This document shows positions 10,791 to 22,400 of a DNA stretch of 64,000 bases, piece after piece. The notes beneath the pieces are model-generated. The model was not told the DNA's origin, did no database searches, and saw only the letters and a list, made by a program, of their open reading frames with translations. Position numbers and translations under genes: made by a program. The stretch's first letter is position 1. Each line of letters begins with the position of its first letter. The stretch spans positions 109,556,001 through 109,620,000 of the forward strand of contig NC_045696.1 in assembly GCF_009834535.1 (NCBI RefSeq), in the 5' to 3' direction. Source of the stretch: Camelus ferus. Taxonomy: Eukaryota.

Positions 10791-11371
10791 ATGGAGATTT
10801 CCTGGGGTGCGTAGCAGAGGACGCACATCCAGAAAGGGGCTACACACCCTGACACAGCCCCAGCGAGCGCCCCCTTTCAGTTCTGGCTCACAAACTGTGG
10901 GCCCCATTGTTTCAATGTGAACGATGCTGCCCGCCCAGGCCCTGGCACAGTCAGGAAAAGGAGAGAGACGTGTGGTCAGAACTGACTCCGGCGGAAACAA
11001 GTCGGGGCTGGAAGCATGAAAGCCCAGCATGGCCAGTTGTGGATCAGTACGTCCCTTTCTGCCTCCCTGTCCTCACCCAGGGTCCCAAAGGGCAAAGACT
11101 CAGGCCCCCAGTGTGGGCATCTTCTCTGGCTGAGGCTTTCCCCTCTCCCTGCAGAGAGGCCTCAGGAAGAGAGGCCGTGGGCCCCGCACAGCGCTGCTGG
11201 GCAGAGCCGGGCTCTTCCTTGGTCTGGGGCAGTGATGGAGACCTCCCAGGCCAGGGCTTCACAACTCGGATCAGAGTAAATTCACACATTCACAGCTTTC
11301 AGATGGAAATCTTAATTTATGCAGTGTGAGAAGAGAAAGACATTGCTAGCTCTTTCCCAAGCGTAGGCCCT

Positions 11372-11820
11372 GGGATTAGCTAAGTGGCCCTCAAAAATAT
11401 ATCCTCTCCCTAATCCCAGAACCTGCGAAGGTTACTTTTATGCAGCAGTAATCAAGGATCTGAACATAAGAGATTCTATGGGATTATCTGGGTGGACCCT
11501 AATACAACCACAAGTGTCCTTCTAAGAGATAGAGAGAGGAAGATGAGACACGAGGAGAAGGCGGTGGACCATAGAGAGACTGGACTGAAATGGCTGCGAG
11601 ACAAGTCACACGGACAGTCACCAGAAGCCGGAAGAGGCAAGGATTCTCCCCTGCAGCCTCCCAACGGAGCGCCGCCCTCCTGATGTCTTCATCTCAGCCC
11701 AGCGATCCTAGTGCTGCGTCTCGAACTGTCAGAAGAAACTGCTGTTATTCTCTGTTGGTGCAAGCAAATGTTGACCAGCTCTGTGGTCATCTGTCACAGC
11801 CGCCGAAGGAAGCTGGTACA
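11372..11820 (+). mobile_element. MaLR LTR (MLT1C/D-like)
   Basis: CTAATCCCAGAACCTG...GGATTATCTGGGTGGACCCTAAT...CCAGAAGCCGGAAGAGGCAAGG...GGTACA. Confidence 0.75.
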
Positions 11821-13499
11821 CTGCACCTCAGCCAGAAACCTATGTTCTTAAAACTTCCCCTTGACAGTTTCTACAATTTTGGTTTTCAACCCAATTGGCC
11901 AGCAGACAGGAAGGATTTCCTTTCTTTATACAACTTTGTGGTTGTAAAGCACAATCTTAGCCTGGAGCTGGGGGTGGGGTCTGCTGTGTACCCGGCCCCC
12001 CCATGAAATGACACCCTATGCTGGGAACTGGGCATCACTATGCCCCAAACCCCATAATTGTCATAAAAAAGATGCTATGTTTTTATCGAAAAGTGAATAT
12101 GCTACTAGTTCTTGCATAAGTATTTTTAGAAAAGAAAGCTTACCATTAAAATTCTTATTGCCCAGAGACTCTATTTAGTTTAAATACTCTCAGGTTAATT
12201 ACAGCAAGGTTGGAGGGGACACGGTCAAGGATTACTTGTCAAGGGGTTGTGAGCAAATTCATTTTCCTACCACAAATATGATTTGCGACTCTAGATAAAT
12301 ATTCATAGTTTTTTATAACAAGCATCTTAATAATGACACTTTTCTCTAACAAATATACAAAGTTAAACAAGCGCAGATGTTTCTATGTCCTGAGATTAAG
12401 GGTTAAGTTCCAAAGAGAAGTAACAGTAAACCTAGAGTTAAACTTAGAAGTTTGCAGAGCACTCCTGCTAATAGACTACTTACAGTAATGATGACAAGAT
12501 TCAAATAAGCAGAGAATTAATTTTTAAAAATTTTCTCTTATATGAAGGAAAACCAGGACGAGTTTTGGAAAAAAAGAATGCATACTTATTATAAATTATT
12601 CAACAAGCACTGCATAGAGGTTAAAAAAAATTCAAATGTCACTGCTCATAAATAATTAGTATTTACATTGGGAGGGTATCATTCTAGACATTATTTCATG
12701 CATGTGTTCCAGAAAGACTACAAAGATATATTGAAATATGGTGATACATATGTGACTGTTTTTGTACATTACTGGTTATATTATTTCATTTCATTATTTC
12801 ATTTCATTTCATTTTGAATGAAAGAGAAATCAAAAGGAAAATGAAAGAATTGTAAAATTTCACATAAATATTTATTCACCTCAAGAGAGTTTTTTTTTTT
12901 TTAAAGATCCTTCTATAATTATGAAAAGAGATTTGGGGGCAGGGAACACACTGAGATGAGAGTAATTGTTTTTACACTTCATCCTTCAGTGTAGGCATTA
13001 TCACTTGACTCCCTGACGTGAAGGATGAAGACGTCAAATCCAGAGCCTTTCTTTCCTGTCCCCCCACGTCATCACATATTGGGATAATAATATTCTTCTA
13101 TAAATAGTATTTCTATTTTAGTCTGTAACTATAACTTGTAAAATGTTTTATATTACTACTACGTCAGAGTTCAATGTTTCCAACTCCTTACACAGCTTCT
13201 CCACTCCTGAAATCTTCACTTTGATTTACAGACATTTAACTTCAAGTAAGACCCTTATCCCTTTCTGTTAATAATATTTATTTCTTGGATGTTTTTACTC
13301 TCAGTAGTACTTATCTACTACACTATTTCCCCTTAAATTTTTTCCTCTAACTTACTATGATTTATTGTTTCTTAATATTTAAAGGTTTCCCAAGATTTCG
13401 AGAAATAAAAAAGATTTTCCCCAATGTCACACAGCAAGGGCGCAAAGTCAAAGAGGCAAACATGGGCCTAATTTCAAAGTGCACCCTCTTGTCATCTCT

Positions 13500-13955
13500 C
13501 TGTCACCCACTGCCCTCATTCACTTACACACTTGTTCGTTACCAATCAATCCCACTGATGCAGCTCTGTCTCTATCCATCTGTTACACCATCTACCCATC
13601 AAACATCCATCTACCTCCTTCTTCTTCACTCCATTCACACACCCATGATGCAAACTTACATGTATATACATAGCCATTTATCTGTCCAGATGTTTCCCCT
13701 ATTCCATCTGCCAGTCCACCCGCCACCCCTCCTGTCACCTATCCATCCATTTATCTACATTCATTTTCTCCAGCATCCATCCACCCATACATGGATATGT
13801 ACCTACCTACATCCACTCATCCAGACTTTCATTGATTCATCTATTCACCCACAAAGCCACCCAGTCAAAAATCAGTCCATCTCATGTCCCTTGGATCCTT
13901 TTATCCTATTAATTAATCTATTTATCCAACCAGTTTCTCAATTGATCCAACCAGT
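13500..13955. repeat. Degenerate (CCAT/CATC)n low-complexity tract
   Basis: Repeated ATCCATC/CCATCC/ACCCATC units. This explains the spurious 216-aa ORF at 13357-14007. Confidence 0.7.
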
Positions 13956-15264
13956 AATAACACTGAAACTCAGACCCTCCATAGAACAGGGAGCCATATC
14001 CTTCTAAGATGCTCTTCTAGTCTCATTCCATTTCCCATCCATCAAGAGAAGATCGCAGCATTCCACAGACACAACAAGGAGGTCTGTGAGCCGCACCCTA
14101 ACTGTCTCACAGCCATATGAAAATTCTTGCAACAGAGAATGTGGGTCTTATGGTATCCTATTAAACATGGAGCCCTCTGTTAACTATATTCCCAATAAGT
14201 GAATCCTCTAATCTTCTTACAGTAACCAATCCCTTTTACTGAAGAGTAATCAGCAAACAGGACAGCCACAGACCATGAGGCAGAAATTTTACCCATATTT
14301 GGACTCATTTAGACTTCCTCCATCACTGGCCTGATATTTTCCTTGTGGGAACAACTTTTCATCAATCCACCCACTGCTTAGTTCTCTGGCCACCCAGCAC
14401 TGAATGTGCTTGCCAATTTATACATAGTTTAAAATCACTTTCCTCACCCACCTTGTAGGTTAAGCAGCCAGGAAGCACCACTTCAATGGACCGTGGCGAG
14501 AACTTGATGGGAGAGAAGCTCAGTTCCTCACTCAGATGAATGATTCACTGCTAGAAGGATTGGATCAAGGCGATTCAAGAAAAACACAAGTCACGACTAA
14601 TCAAGAGGAAAGAGCACAGAAAGAAAAATAAATGTGAAAGACTCTCGCAGATAATTTGCAAAGAAAAAAAAAAGGAAACTATAATCAAACCTAAAATTGA
14701 AAAAACAAAAAGAGAAAGAAGAAGAAGGAGGAAGAAGAGGACATGAATAATAATGCTAAGGAATACAAGTTAGGGAACTAGCCTGGTCTTCTGGTTGCCT
14801 CCCCAAAAAATCAACGATAGAGAAATTACAGAATTGAGATGGAGGAACTAATAGAAACACTGTGACCAACCCCTGGGAGACTGAAGCTGGGTGACTAATG
14901 TGAAAATTAGTAGCAGTCTGAGGTGGGGGTGGCAGGTACGGAGGTGGGACGAAAGATGTTACGTTCTTGTCATTCCTCTCGGTCCTCTTTCCCAGAAGAT
15001 GATGGGTGGCCTCTGCCATCGGAGGAAAGGAATCGGCGGCAACAGCTTGGCTGCTCCAGGGGGGCAAAGGTAATATCAGAGCCTTGCTGTGTTGGGATCC
15101 AAAAACAGACGCAGGCTGCCCAGATACCCAGGCGTTTACTTTTCCATCCCAGTGTCCTCCAAAGCCTCATGGATGTGAGATGACTGTTTCAAGGACAGAG
15201 AATGAGCTCAGGAATTGAGGCTGACCATTCTAAAGATTTTGTCTTCTGTCTGCGCTGAAAAAAG

Positions 15265-15590
15265 AAATTTACAAAACAGAAACAGACTCACAGACATAGA
15301 AAACAAACTTATGGTTAACAGTGGGGAAAGGGAGTGGGAAGGGATAAATTGGGACTTTGATATTTGCAGATACTAACTACTATATATAAAATAGATAAAC
15401 AACAAGTTTTTACTGTAGAGCACAGGGAAGTCTATTCAATATCTTATAGTAATCTATAATAAAAAAGAGTATGAAAAGGAATCTATGTATATGGATGACT
15501 GAAACATTATGCTGTACACCAGAAATTGACACAACATAGTAACTGACAATACTTCAATTTTAAAAAGGGAAAAAAAACATCAAAAATGCT
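15265..15590 (+). mobile_element. Young camelid-type L1 3'UTR with A-tail
   Basis: TTTACAAAACAGAAACAGACTCACAGACATAGAAAACAAACTTATGGTT...GCTGTACACCAGAAATTGACACAACAT; related to the 3'UTR of the 7297-8010 copy. Confidence 0.8.
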
Positions 15591-16709
15591 AAAAAAAATT
15601 GGGCAAAACCAATCTTTGCTGAAATATCTGAATAGTTCTTTCCTTCGCGGGAGCAGATTACTGACTGGGAGCAGGTGTGATGGAAACTTCTGGGGGTACA
15701 GGTAATATTCCTTTTCTTGATCTGACTGGTGGTTACACAGCAAAAATTCATTAAGCTGTACACTTGTGATTTGTGGACTTTTATGCATGCATGTTATATT
15801 TCAATAAAATGTACATTAAAAATGTAGGCAGAAAGGTGGAGTAAACATATTTTCCTATTCTTCCCGCTAAGCACAACTAGGTATTATATACAAAACAAAC
15901 ATAAGAAAACTCTAAAGGGTGGAGGGAAGAAGGTAGACCAGTTTTGGACCTTGGGATCTGAGGAATGACACAGTGCTAAGTTCCTTGGGTTTTCTTTTTT
16001 ATCTCATATATCCTGGACTTGGAGCTGAAGAAGCTGGTGACTCAGAAACACCACGAAGCACGGACAAAAATAAAGCCCCAACAATAGCTCATTTTCTGTA
16101 GTCAATGGACCAGGAACAAGGCAGCCTAGCAAGGGAGAAAACTCTAAGTCAAACACCACAGAAAAAACCGTGAGGTCTCCCCACCACCACCTACCTACCC
16201 CACCAAAGTCCAAGGGTGACTCTGGACTTCCACCATGGTCATTTATTTTCCCTTTAGACTGTATTTGGCAAAGCAGCACTGTATAAACTGCTCAGTAACT
16301 AGGACACAGCTTACACAGCCATGTTAGATTCACAGACATCACCAGCAGCAAGTTAGAAACTGAAAAACAATACTGACCCCCAAGGCTCCTATCATTTTTA
16401 AAGAGAGAAAGGCAGAACTATGTCCAGTCTGAACAGCTGAGTGTTTTAAGGAACATCACCTGCCATTTTCTTAAGTTTTAATATTCACAAAGGCTTAGTT
16501 TTAATATTTACAAAAGCAGCTGATTATATCTACAGCTAGATCAACATGCCCCAACCCTTGGGCTAGGATGGGGGTGTCAGAGAAGGTCAAGAGGGGAGCT
16601 GGGCCTTTTGTCCCCACGGGGCGCTCTGGGGGCCTCCCACCTGCAGCACCAGCGAAGACCACGTGAAGAGTGGACATCCACCCCCTCCCCCACAGAAACA
16701 AGACCCACC

Positions 16710-18095
16710 TGATCTTTGACAAAGTGCAAAAAGGAATTTGATAGAGCAATAATGATGCTGGAGCAACTGGGCATTCATAGGCAAAAAAACCCAAAACAAA
16801 ACAAAAACTAAAAACAAACCTCCAATCTAAGTCCCGCTGCTCATACAAATTGAACTCAAATGGGATCAGGAACTGAAATGTAGAACATAAATCTGTTTTT
16901 AAGCCGTTAGAAAAAGACATAGAAAATCTTTGGGACTTAGGGCTTAAAACGAAGAGTTCTTAGACATGGCAGTGAAAGCACAATTCTCAAGAGGAGAGAA
17001 ATCAATAGGTGGGCTTCCGCAAAATTGAAAACTGTTCCTTTGCAAAAATCCTGGTTAAGAGGAAGAAAAGACAAACCGCAGACTGGAAGGAAATATTTGC
17101 AGACCACGTATCTGACAAAGGACTAGTATCTGGAATATATAGAGAACTCTCAAAACTCAACAGCAAAAACCAAACAATCCAATCAAAAAGTACACAAGAG
17201 ACATGAACAGATATTTCACCAAAGAGGACATACAGATGGCAAATAAGCACGTGAAAAGACGTTCACAGTCATTAGCCATGAGGGAAATGCAGATTAAAAC
17301 CACAGTGGGATATCACTATGCACACCTCGCAGAAGACTTGAAAAGGAAACAGTGACAAAACCAAATGCTCGTGAGGATGTGAAGAGCCTGGACCCCTCAG
17401 ACGTTGCTGGTAGAACTGAGAAGTGGGACAGTCACTCTGGAAGCCAGTTTGACTGTTCCTTTGAAAAACAAACATGCAGCTACCATACGACCCAGCAACT
17501 GCACTCCTTGGCATTTGTCCCAGAGAAATAAAATCTTATGTTCACACGAAAACCTGTACATGAATGTTCATAGCAGTTCTCCTTATAATGGCCCCGATCT
17601 GGAAATAACCCGGTGCCCTTCAATGGGTGAATGGGTAAACAAACCGAGGTAATCCCGCCTATGGAATTCTACCAGCAGTAAAACGGACCCAACTATTCAT
17701 ACACACCACCTGGATGAACCTCCGCAGAATTACGCTGCGTGGAAAGTGCCAACCCCAAAAGGTTACCGGTTACCTACTGTATAAGCCCATTTACATAACA
17801 TTCTTACAATGACAAAATTACTGAGACAAAGAAAGGTTCAGTGTTTGCTAGAGGTTAGGATGGGGGCGGGGCAGGAGGAAGTGACTGTGGCTATAAAAGG
17901 ACCTCGTGAAGGTGGAAATGTTCTGCACCCTGACTGTACCAGTGTCGAGGTCCTGGTTGTGATGTTGTGCTGTAGTTTTGCAAGATGTGGATGTTACCAT
18001 TGAGGGACTCCGGATAAATGATACGTGGGATCTGTCTTATTTCATAACTGCTCGTGAATCTACAAGGATCTCAAAAGTAAAAGTTTAATTTAAAA
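16710..18095 (+). mobile_element. L1MC-type ORF2 3' half and 3'UTR
   Basis: TGATCTTTGACAAAG..., peptide [32 protein letters not shown], and 3' end CTACAAGGATCTCAAAAGTAAAAGTTT. Confidence 0.8.
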
Positions 18096-19983
18096 GTGCT
18101 TATAATAGCAAAGAGCTGAGAATAGCCAAGACTTTATGGAAGAAAATAAAAAACACAGGTGAAGACATAGAACTATTTAACCTGAGGGCTATAGTTGGAA
18201 AACAGTTTGGCATAAGATAAAACATATACTTGGTTCTGTGCCTCAGTTTATCTCCTCAATACGTAGCTTAGAACAACTCCCCGCAGGAGTAAAGAATAGT
18301 CCCAGCAGCATTATTTGTAGTAGCAGAAAGAAAACTGGGCACATTTTTCCAATATTAATCTCCTGGTTTTACCAGTGTACTATGGCTATGTGAGATATTA
18401 TCATTAAGTATTTCAGATTTTTAAACTGGACACATTTCACTGAAAATGATTTTAAAATTGGGGCAGAAGACAGAGTACGAAATCCCAGTGAAAAATTTAA
18501 AAACTGCTGCTATATGCATGAACAGATTTAATATTAAGAAAAATGCAAGTCATTGGAAAGAAGACGCCATTACATAGAGTTCAAAAGATGCAAATAAAAC
18601 AAAGTGTTATTGAAGGACTCATCCAAATTTGATAAAACTCAAAGAAGGGTCAGCTGGGGGTCTGGATTTCTGCACTGGGCAGGGAAGGGGGTGCAGTGGA
18701 GGGAACCACAGAGGCCTCAAAATCTTATAATATTGGTTTCTCCAGCTGGGGGAGGGTAAATGGGCATTCAGAATTGTAGGTTTTCTTCACAATTTACATA
18801 TACATTGTACATCCTCAAAAAGAGGCTTTAAAAAATTCAAACAATGGAAGACAAAGATGCCATGTGGGAGAAACTTGTTCTAGCAAGGTTGCCAAACTGA
18901 GTGTCACGGTGGCCACGTTTCACACCTTTTTGCCACCTAGAGAAAGCCTGTCTTCTTCAGGGCAGGTTAAGAATAAGACCCCAAATCAGGGGAGGCAAGT
19001 AATGACAAAAGGTGGGGAAAGAAAGGGACATGGAGCCAACTCTGACTCTCACGGCACGATGACCACATTCTGTGAGCCATGCCACTGTTTGCTCCAGCTA
19101 CAGCCCATGCCCCTGTGTTTAAAGTGGTTGGAGCTGGGTTTTGTCGTTTGAACTGAAGAATCATGACAGAGTCCCACAAGCGTTCTGGCCCACAGACAAC
19201 ACACAGGCTGACCTAGAGGCTGAGAGGTGCCCAGAGGGACTCGTGTCCCTTCCCACCATCCCATATTGCCGCACCGTCTCATGTATGGACTGGATGGCCC
19301 GGGAAGGCACAAGACTCGCCCAGGCTCACCTAAAAGATGGTACTTTTTCTGTCGTGCCTCAATTGCTTCGTCTTGCCACAGACGATTTCCTCAGGAACAC
19401 ACGAGGGTATGGGAAGACAGCACCAGATGTTAGGAGAAAATGCCCATTGGAGGAAGATTACCCGGTTGGGTGCCTCCCCTACCCCTTCTATGGAGGGACC
19501 ACTCAAGAGGCAGGAAGAGCTGCGGCTTGGGAGTGCCATCTCCTTCCAGAGCTTCCTTCAGCCCCGTGCTGGATGCTGTCTCCCAAGAGAGCAAAACCCC
19601 AGGGCAGGAGTCGGGTGGGAGTTTGGAAGGGGACCCTGAGCCTGAAGCCATAAAGCCAGGGGGATGACCTACAGTCCCTGGAGCTCCAAACCAAAGGGAC
19701 ATTTGTTCTGATTTGGGTTCTAGACATTCACTCAAACATTCAACAGCTATTTACTAAGTTCTGAGCTAGGTCCTTGGGATTCAGTAGTGGAGCCTCAGCT
19801 CTGCTTCATGGAACTCACTCTCTGGTTCTTAAGAAGCAATGAGAGAAGAAGAGACTCTAGGCAAACAAACCAGGGAGCTAGATGGGAAGGCATTCCAAGA
19901 AAGCCCTGTGAGTTAAAAAGAGGGCAAGAAATGTCCCCTGGAAACTTCCAGAGATGAAGGCTGCTTTTCACTTTTGTTTCTGT

Positions 19984-19986
<3 letters not shown>

Positions 19987-20022
<36 letters not shown>
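19987..20022. repeat. (AC)18 microsatellite ~1.3 kb upstream of the RAB6B ATG
   Basis: Direct reading. Confidence 0.95.
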
Positions 20023-20024
<2 letters not shown>

Positions 20025-20779
20025 CTTGTTCCCAAACGTTGGGGTTATAATCCCAAATAAATGTTCAGACCAGGTGGAGGCCGCTTTGTAAAACCTCAAT
20101 TAACCACCATGCTAGGCTCGAGCTGGCAGTGCTTCTCCACAGAGCATCTTCTGCTTGTTCTCACCCACTCACGACTTACTCTGTGTGCCTTAACGGGTCA
20201 GGTGAATACAGAGGCAGATGAGAGGTCCCCCTCCTGGCCTCGGGGACTTACTGTCCAGATACACGTAATTGCCAGGGCAATGAGTGGCATTGTCAGCGGC
20301 GGCCCCAGGGTCCAGAAATCCACAGCACTGTCCTGGAGAGGGTCACGCTGATTTTCAGGGCGTAATTGCTCCTTCTCTCCCACGAGGTAGCAGGTTTAGG
20401 ATAAAATGACCATTAGAAGCTGTTGGTTTGAGGTAGGTGCTCCTATTACTGGTGCCTCCTCTCTCGCTGGTAAGGTCTGCGGGGACACCTATGACCCCAC
20501 AGAGGCACCCAGAGGAGGGATCTGGGGCTAAAGGCGCGAGGGAGAGCCAGAGATGCACAGGACTGCAATAGAGCCAGTCTGCGCCCACATGGTCCACCAC
20601 ACCCTGCCCCTCCCCCCCCCACTCCTTTCCTTTCTGCCCTCTCGGATGGCTGCGCTGAGTGTGCATCGGTGTTGCGGGAGGTAGAGGAAGGGACTGGCAT
20701 CTAGGTTTAAAGACCAGAAACAAACGTCCCCTGACAATTTCATGTCATTTTCTGGATTCAAAGGAGGGGTAGAGTGGGG

Positions 20780-22400
20780 AAGACAGACGTAGACGGGCAA
20801 AGAGAGAGGGTTCGATTTAGGGGCCTCTCGGAGGCACGGGGAGGCGGTCCTCTCCCACCCAGATGCGGGCTCCGGGTGGGTGGGCGAACATCCCCCAGCC
20901 CCGCAGCGCTGCGGGCCCCGCATGACATCAGAGGCTGGGGAGCGCGCAGAGCGCAGGCGCGGGAGGAGAGAGGAGGGAGGGGGGCCGACTGGTGCGACTA
21001 CGGAGAGCGCTCCTCCGCCCCGCGCGCCGTCCCTGCGCCCCGCTCCGCCCGCGCCTTGCTGTCCGCGCCGCGCCTCGGGCGTCCAGAGCGCGCCCCTCGC
21101 ACCGCATCAAGCGCCGCCCGCGGCAGCCCAGCCCCAGCCTTCCTCCTCCTCCTCCTTTTTCTCCTCCTCCTCCGCCGCCGCTGGACACGCAGCCGCAGGC
21201 CGGGGCCGGGACGCAGCTGGGGAGTGAGGGACGCGCGCAGCCAGCCCTTCCCCCTCCGGCTCCCGCACCGCCGGCCGCCTCCCCTCGCCCTCCTCCTCTC
21301 CCCTCCCTGCTCCTTCGCTTCTCCTCCTCCTCCTCCTCCTCTCCCAGCCCCGGCTGCCAGCACCATGTCCGCAGGGGGAGATTTTGGGAACCCACTGAGA
21401 AAATTCAAGTTGGTGTTCCTGGGGGAGCAGAGCGGTAAGTACCCCGCTTATTCTCTTGGCTGGGCGCCGAGTCAGCCCCCGCCGCCAAATCATCCACCCC
21501 ATTGCGACCCCGGCCCCGGATCGGCTGGGAAAGGCCCCTCCGTGCCTGGGTAGAGGGTAGGGATGGAGATGGAGAGATCGGGGCCGGCTCGGGTGGGGCC
21601 GGGTATGGGAGGGACCAAGGGTAAGAACCTTGGAGGCGCTGGGGGCAAAGGTGGGGGTGAGGGTGCGATCTGGGGTGGGGGCTCGGGGTGCAGGTGCGGC
21701 GCGGCGGGGAGGCTGGAGGGCGGCGGCTCACTCGGCGGCGCCGGCCGAGGCATGCAGGTTCCGGGCTCGCTGGCTCGCTCGCACTGCGGCACCGGCTGCG
21801 GGCGACCGCGCAGGTGGCCGGGCGCCCCTCTTTGCAGAACGAGACGGGGCTGGCGTCTAGCCGCCCCCAACCCCGCAGCACCAGAGGGGTTCCCTGCGGC
21901 CCCTGCTCTGAACCATGCGTAATTACGGGCACGACCAGGCCCCGGGGCCGACGGCAGCGGGAGGGAGACCGACACCTGTCTTCTCTGGAAAGATCTGGTG
22001 CAGGTCGTGGGGGAACAGGTCGCCTACCTCCCCTGGTTTATGTCCGACTGGGCACAGAAGATTCTAGACACGTTGCCCTTCGCCGGTGTGTGTTAGCTTC
22101 TTTGGGGATATGGGGTCTGGGCAGCAAGGATTCCCTAATGTGAGGTAGATTTGAGGGATGATACGGGGGCGCCTCGCACCAAGAGCCGTGAAGCCTGGCG
22201 CTGGGCAGAGAAAGGACCAGGCGACACGCCCTGCCTGGCTTCCCAGCACCCCTCCCGAGAGCGTTGGCGGCGGAGTCTTCCCACCCCCACCTCCCAGCTC
22301 GCCGCCCTTCTTGGGGGAGGGGAGGTCACCGTGGCAGCGGGCCAGGGGCGGGGGGAGGGGGAGACCGCTTACGTGCGGTCCAGCAGCCTCCCTGGGAAAG
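20780..22400 (+). promoter_or_regulatory. RAB6B: RAB6B promoter CpG island, 5'UTR and intron 1 start
   Basis: Very high GC and CpG. CRE-like TGACATCA at 20923-20930 and NRF1-like GCGCAGGCGC at 20951-20960. (CCT)n runs in the 5'UTR and a G-rich intron start. Confidence 0.85.
21365..21434 (+). CDS. RAB6B: Rab6B small GTPase, coding exon 1 (70 nt)
   Basis: Start context GCACCATGT; encodes MSAGGDFGNPLRKFKLVFLGEQS plus 1 nt. The MSAGG start is typical of RAB6B (RAB6A begins MSTGG). Donor GTAAGT at 21435. Confidence 0.97.

Noticed and set aside
10865..10883. Third CTCF-like motif (minus strand GAACTGAAAGGGGGCGCTC)
   Set aside because: Only the GGGGGCGC half matches; the CCAS portion is missing.
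13357..14007. 216-aa ATG ORF
   Set aside because: It runs through a degenerate CCAT low-complexity tract that lacks stops by composition, and resembles no protein family.
14250..14269. Possible REST/RE1 site TCAGCAAACAGGACAGCCAC upstream of neuronal RAB6B
   Set aside because: It lacks the conserved CC of TCAGCACC. Other partial matches (~557, ~25805, ~31845) are half-sites or mis-spaced.
18850..19700. Possible ancient LTR or coding relic upstream of the RAB6B promoter
   Set aside because: It has a vaguely LTR-like texture, but I found no termini, TSD or recognisable peptide and cannot support a call without a Dfam search.
20774..21553. 259-aa ORF as a full protein
   Set aside because: Only 21365-21434 is Rab6-like. 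The rest is GC-rich leader plus read-through past the GTAAGT donor.
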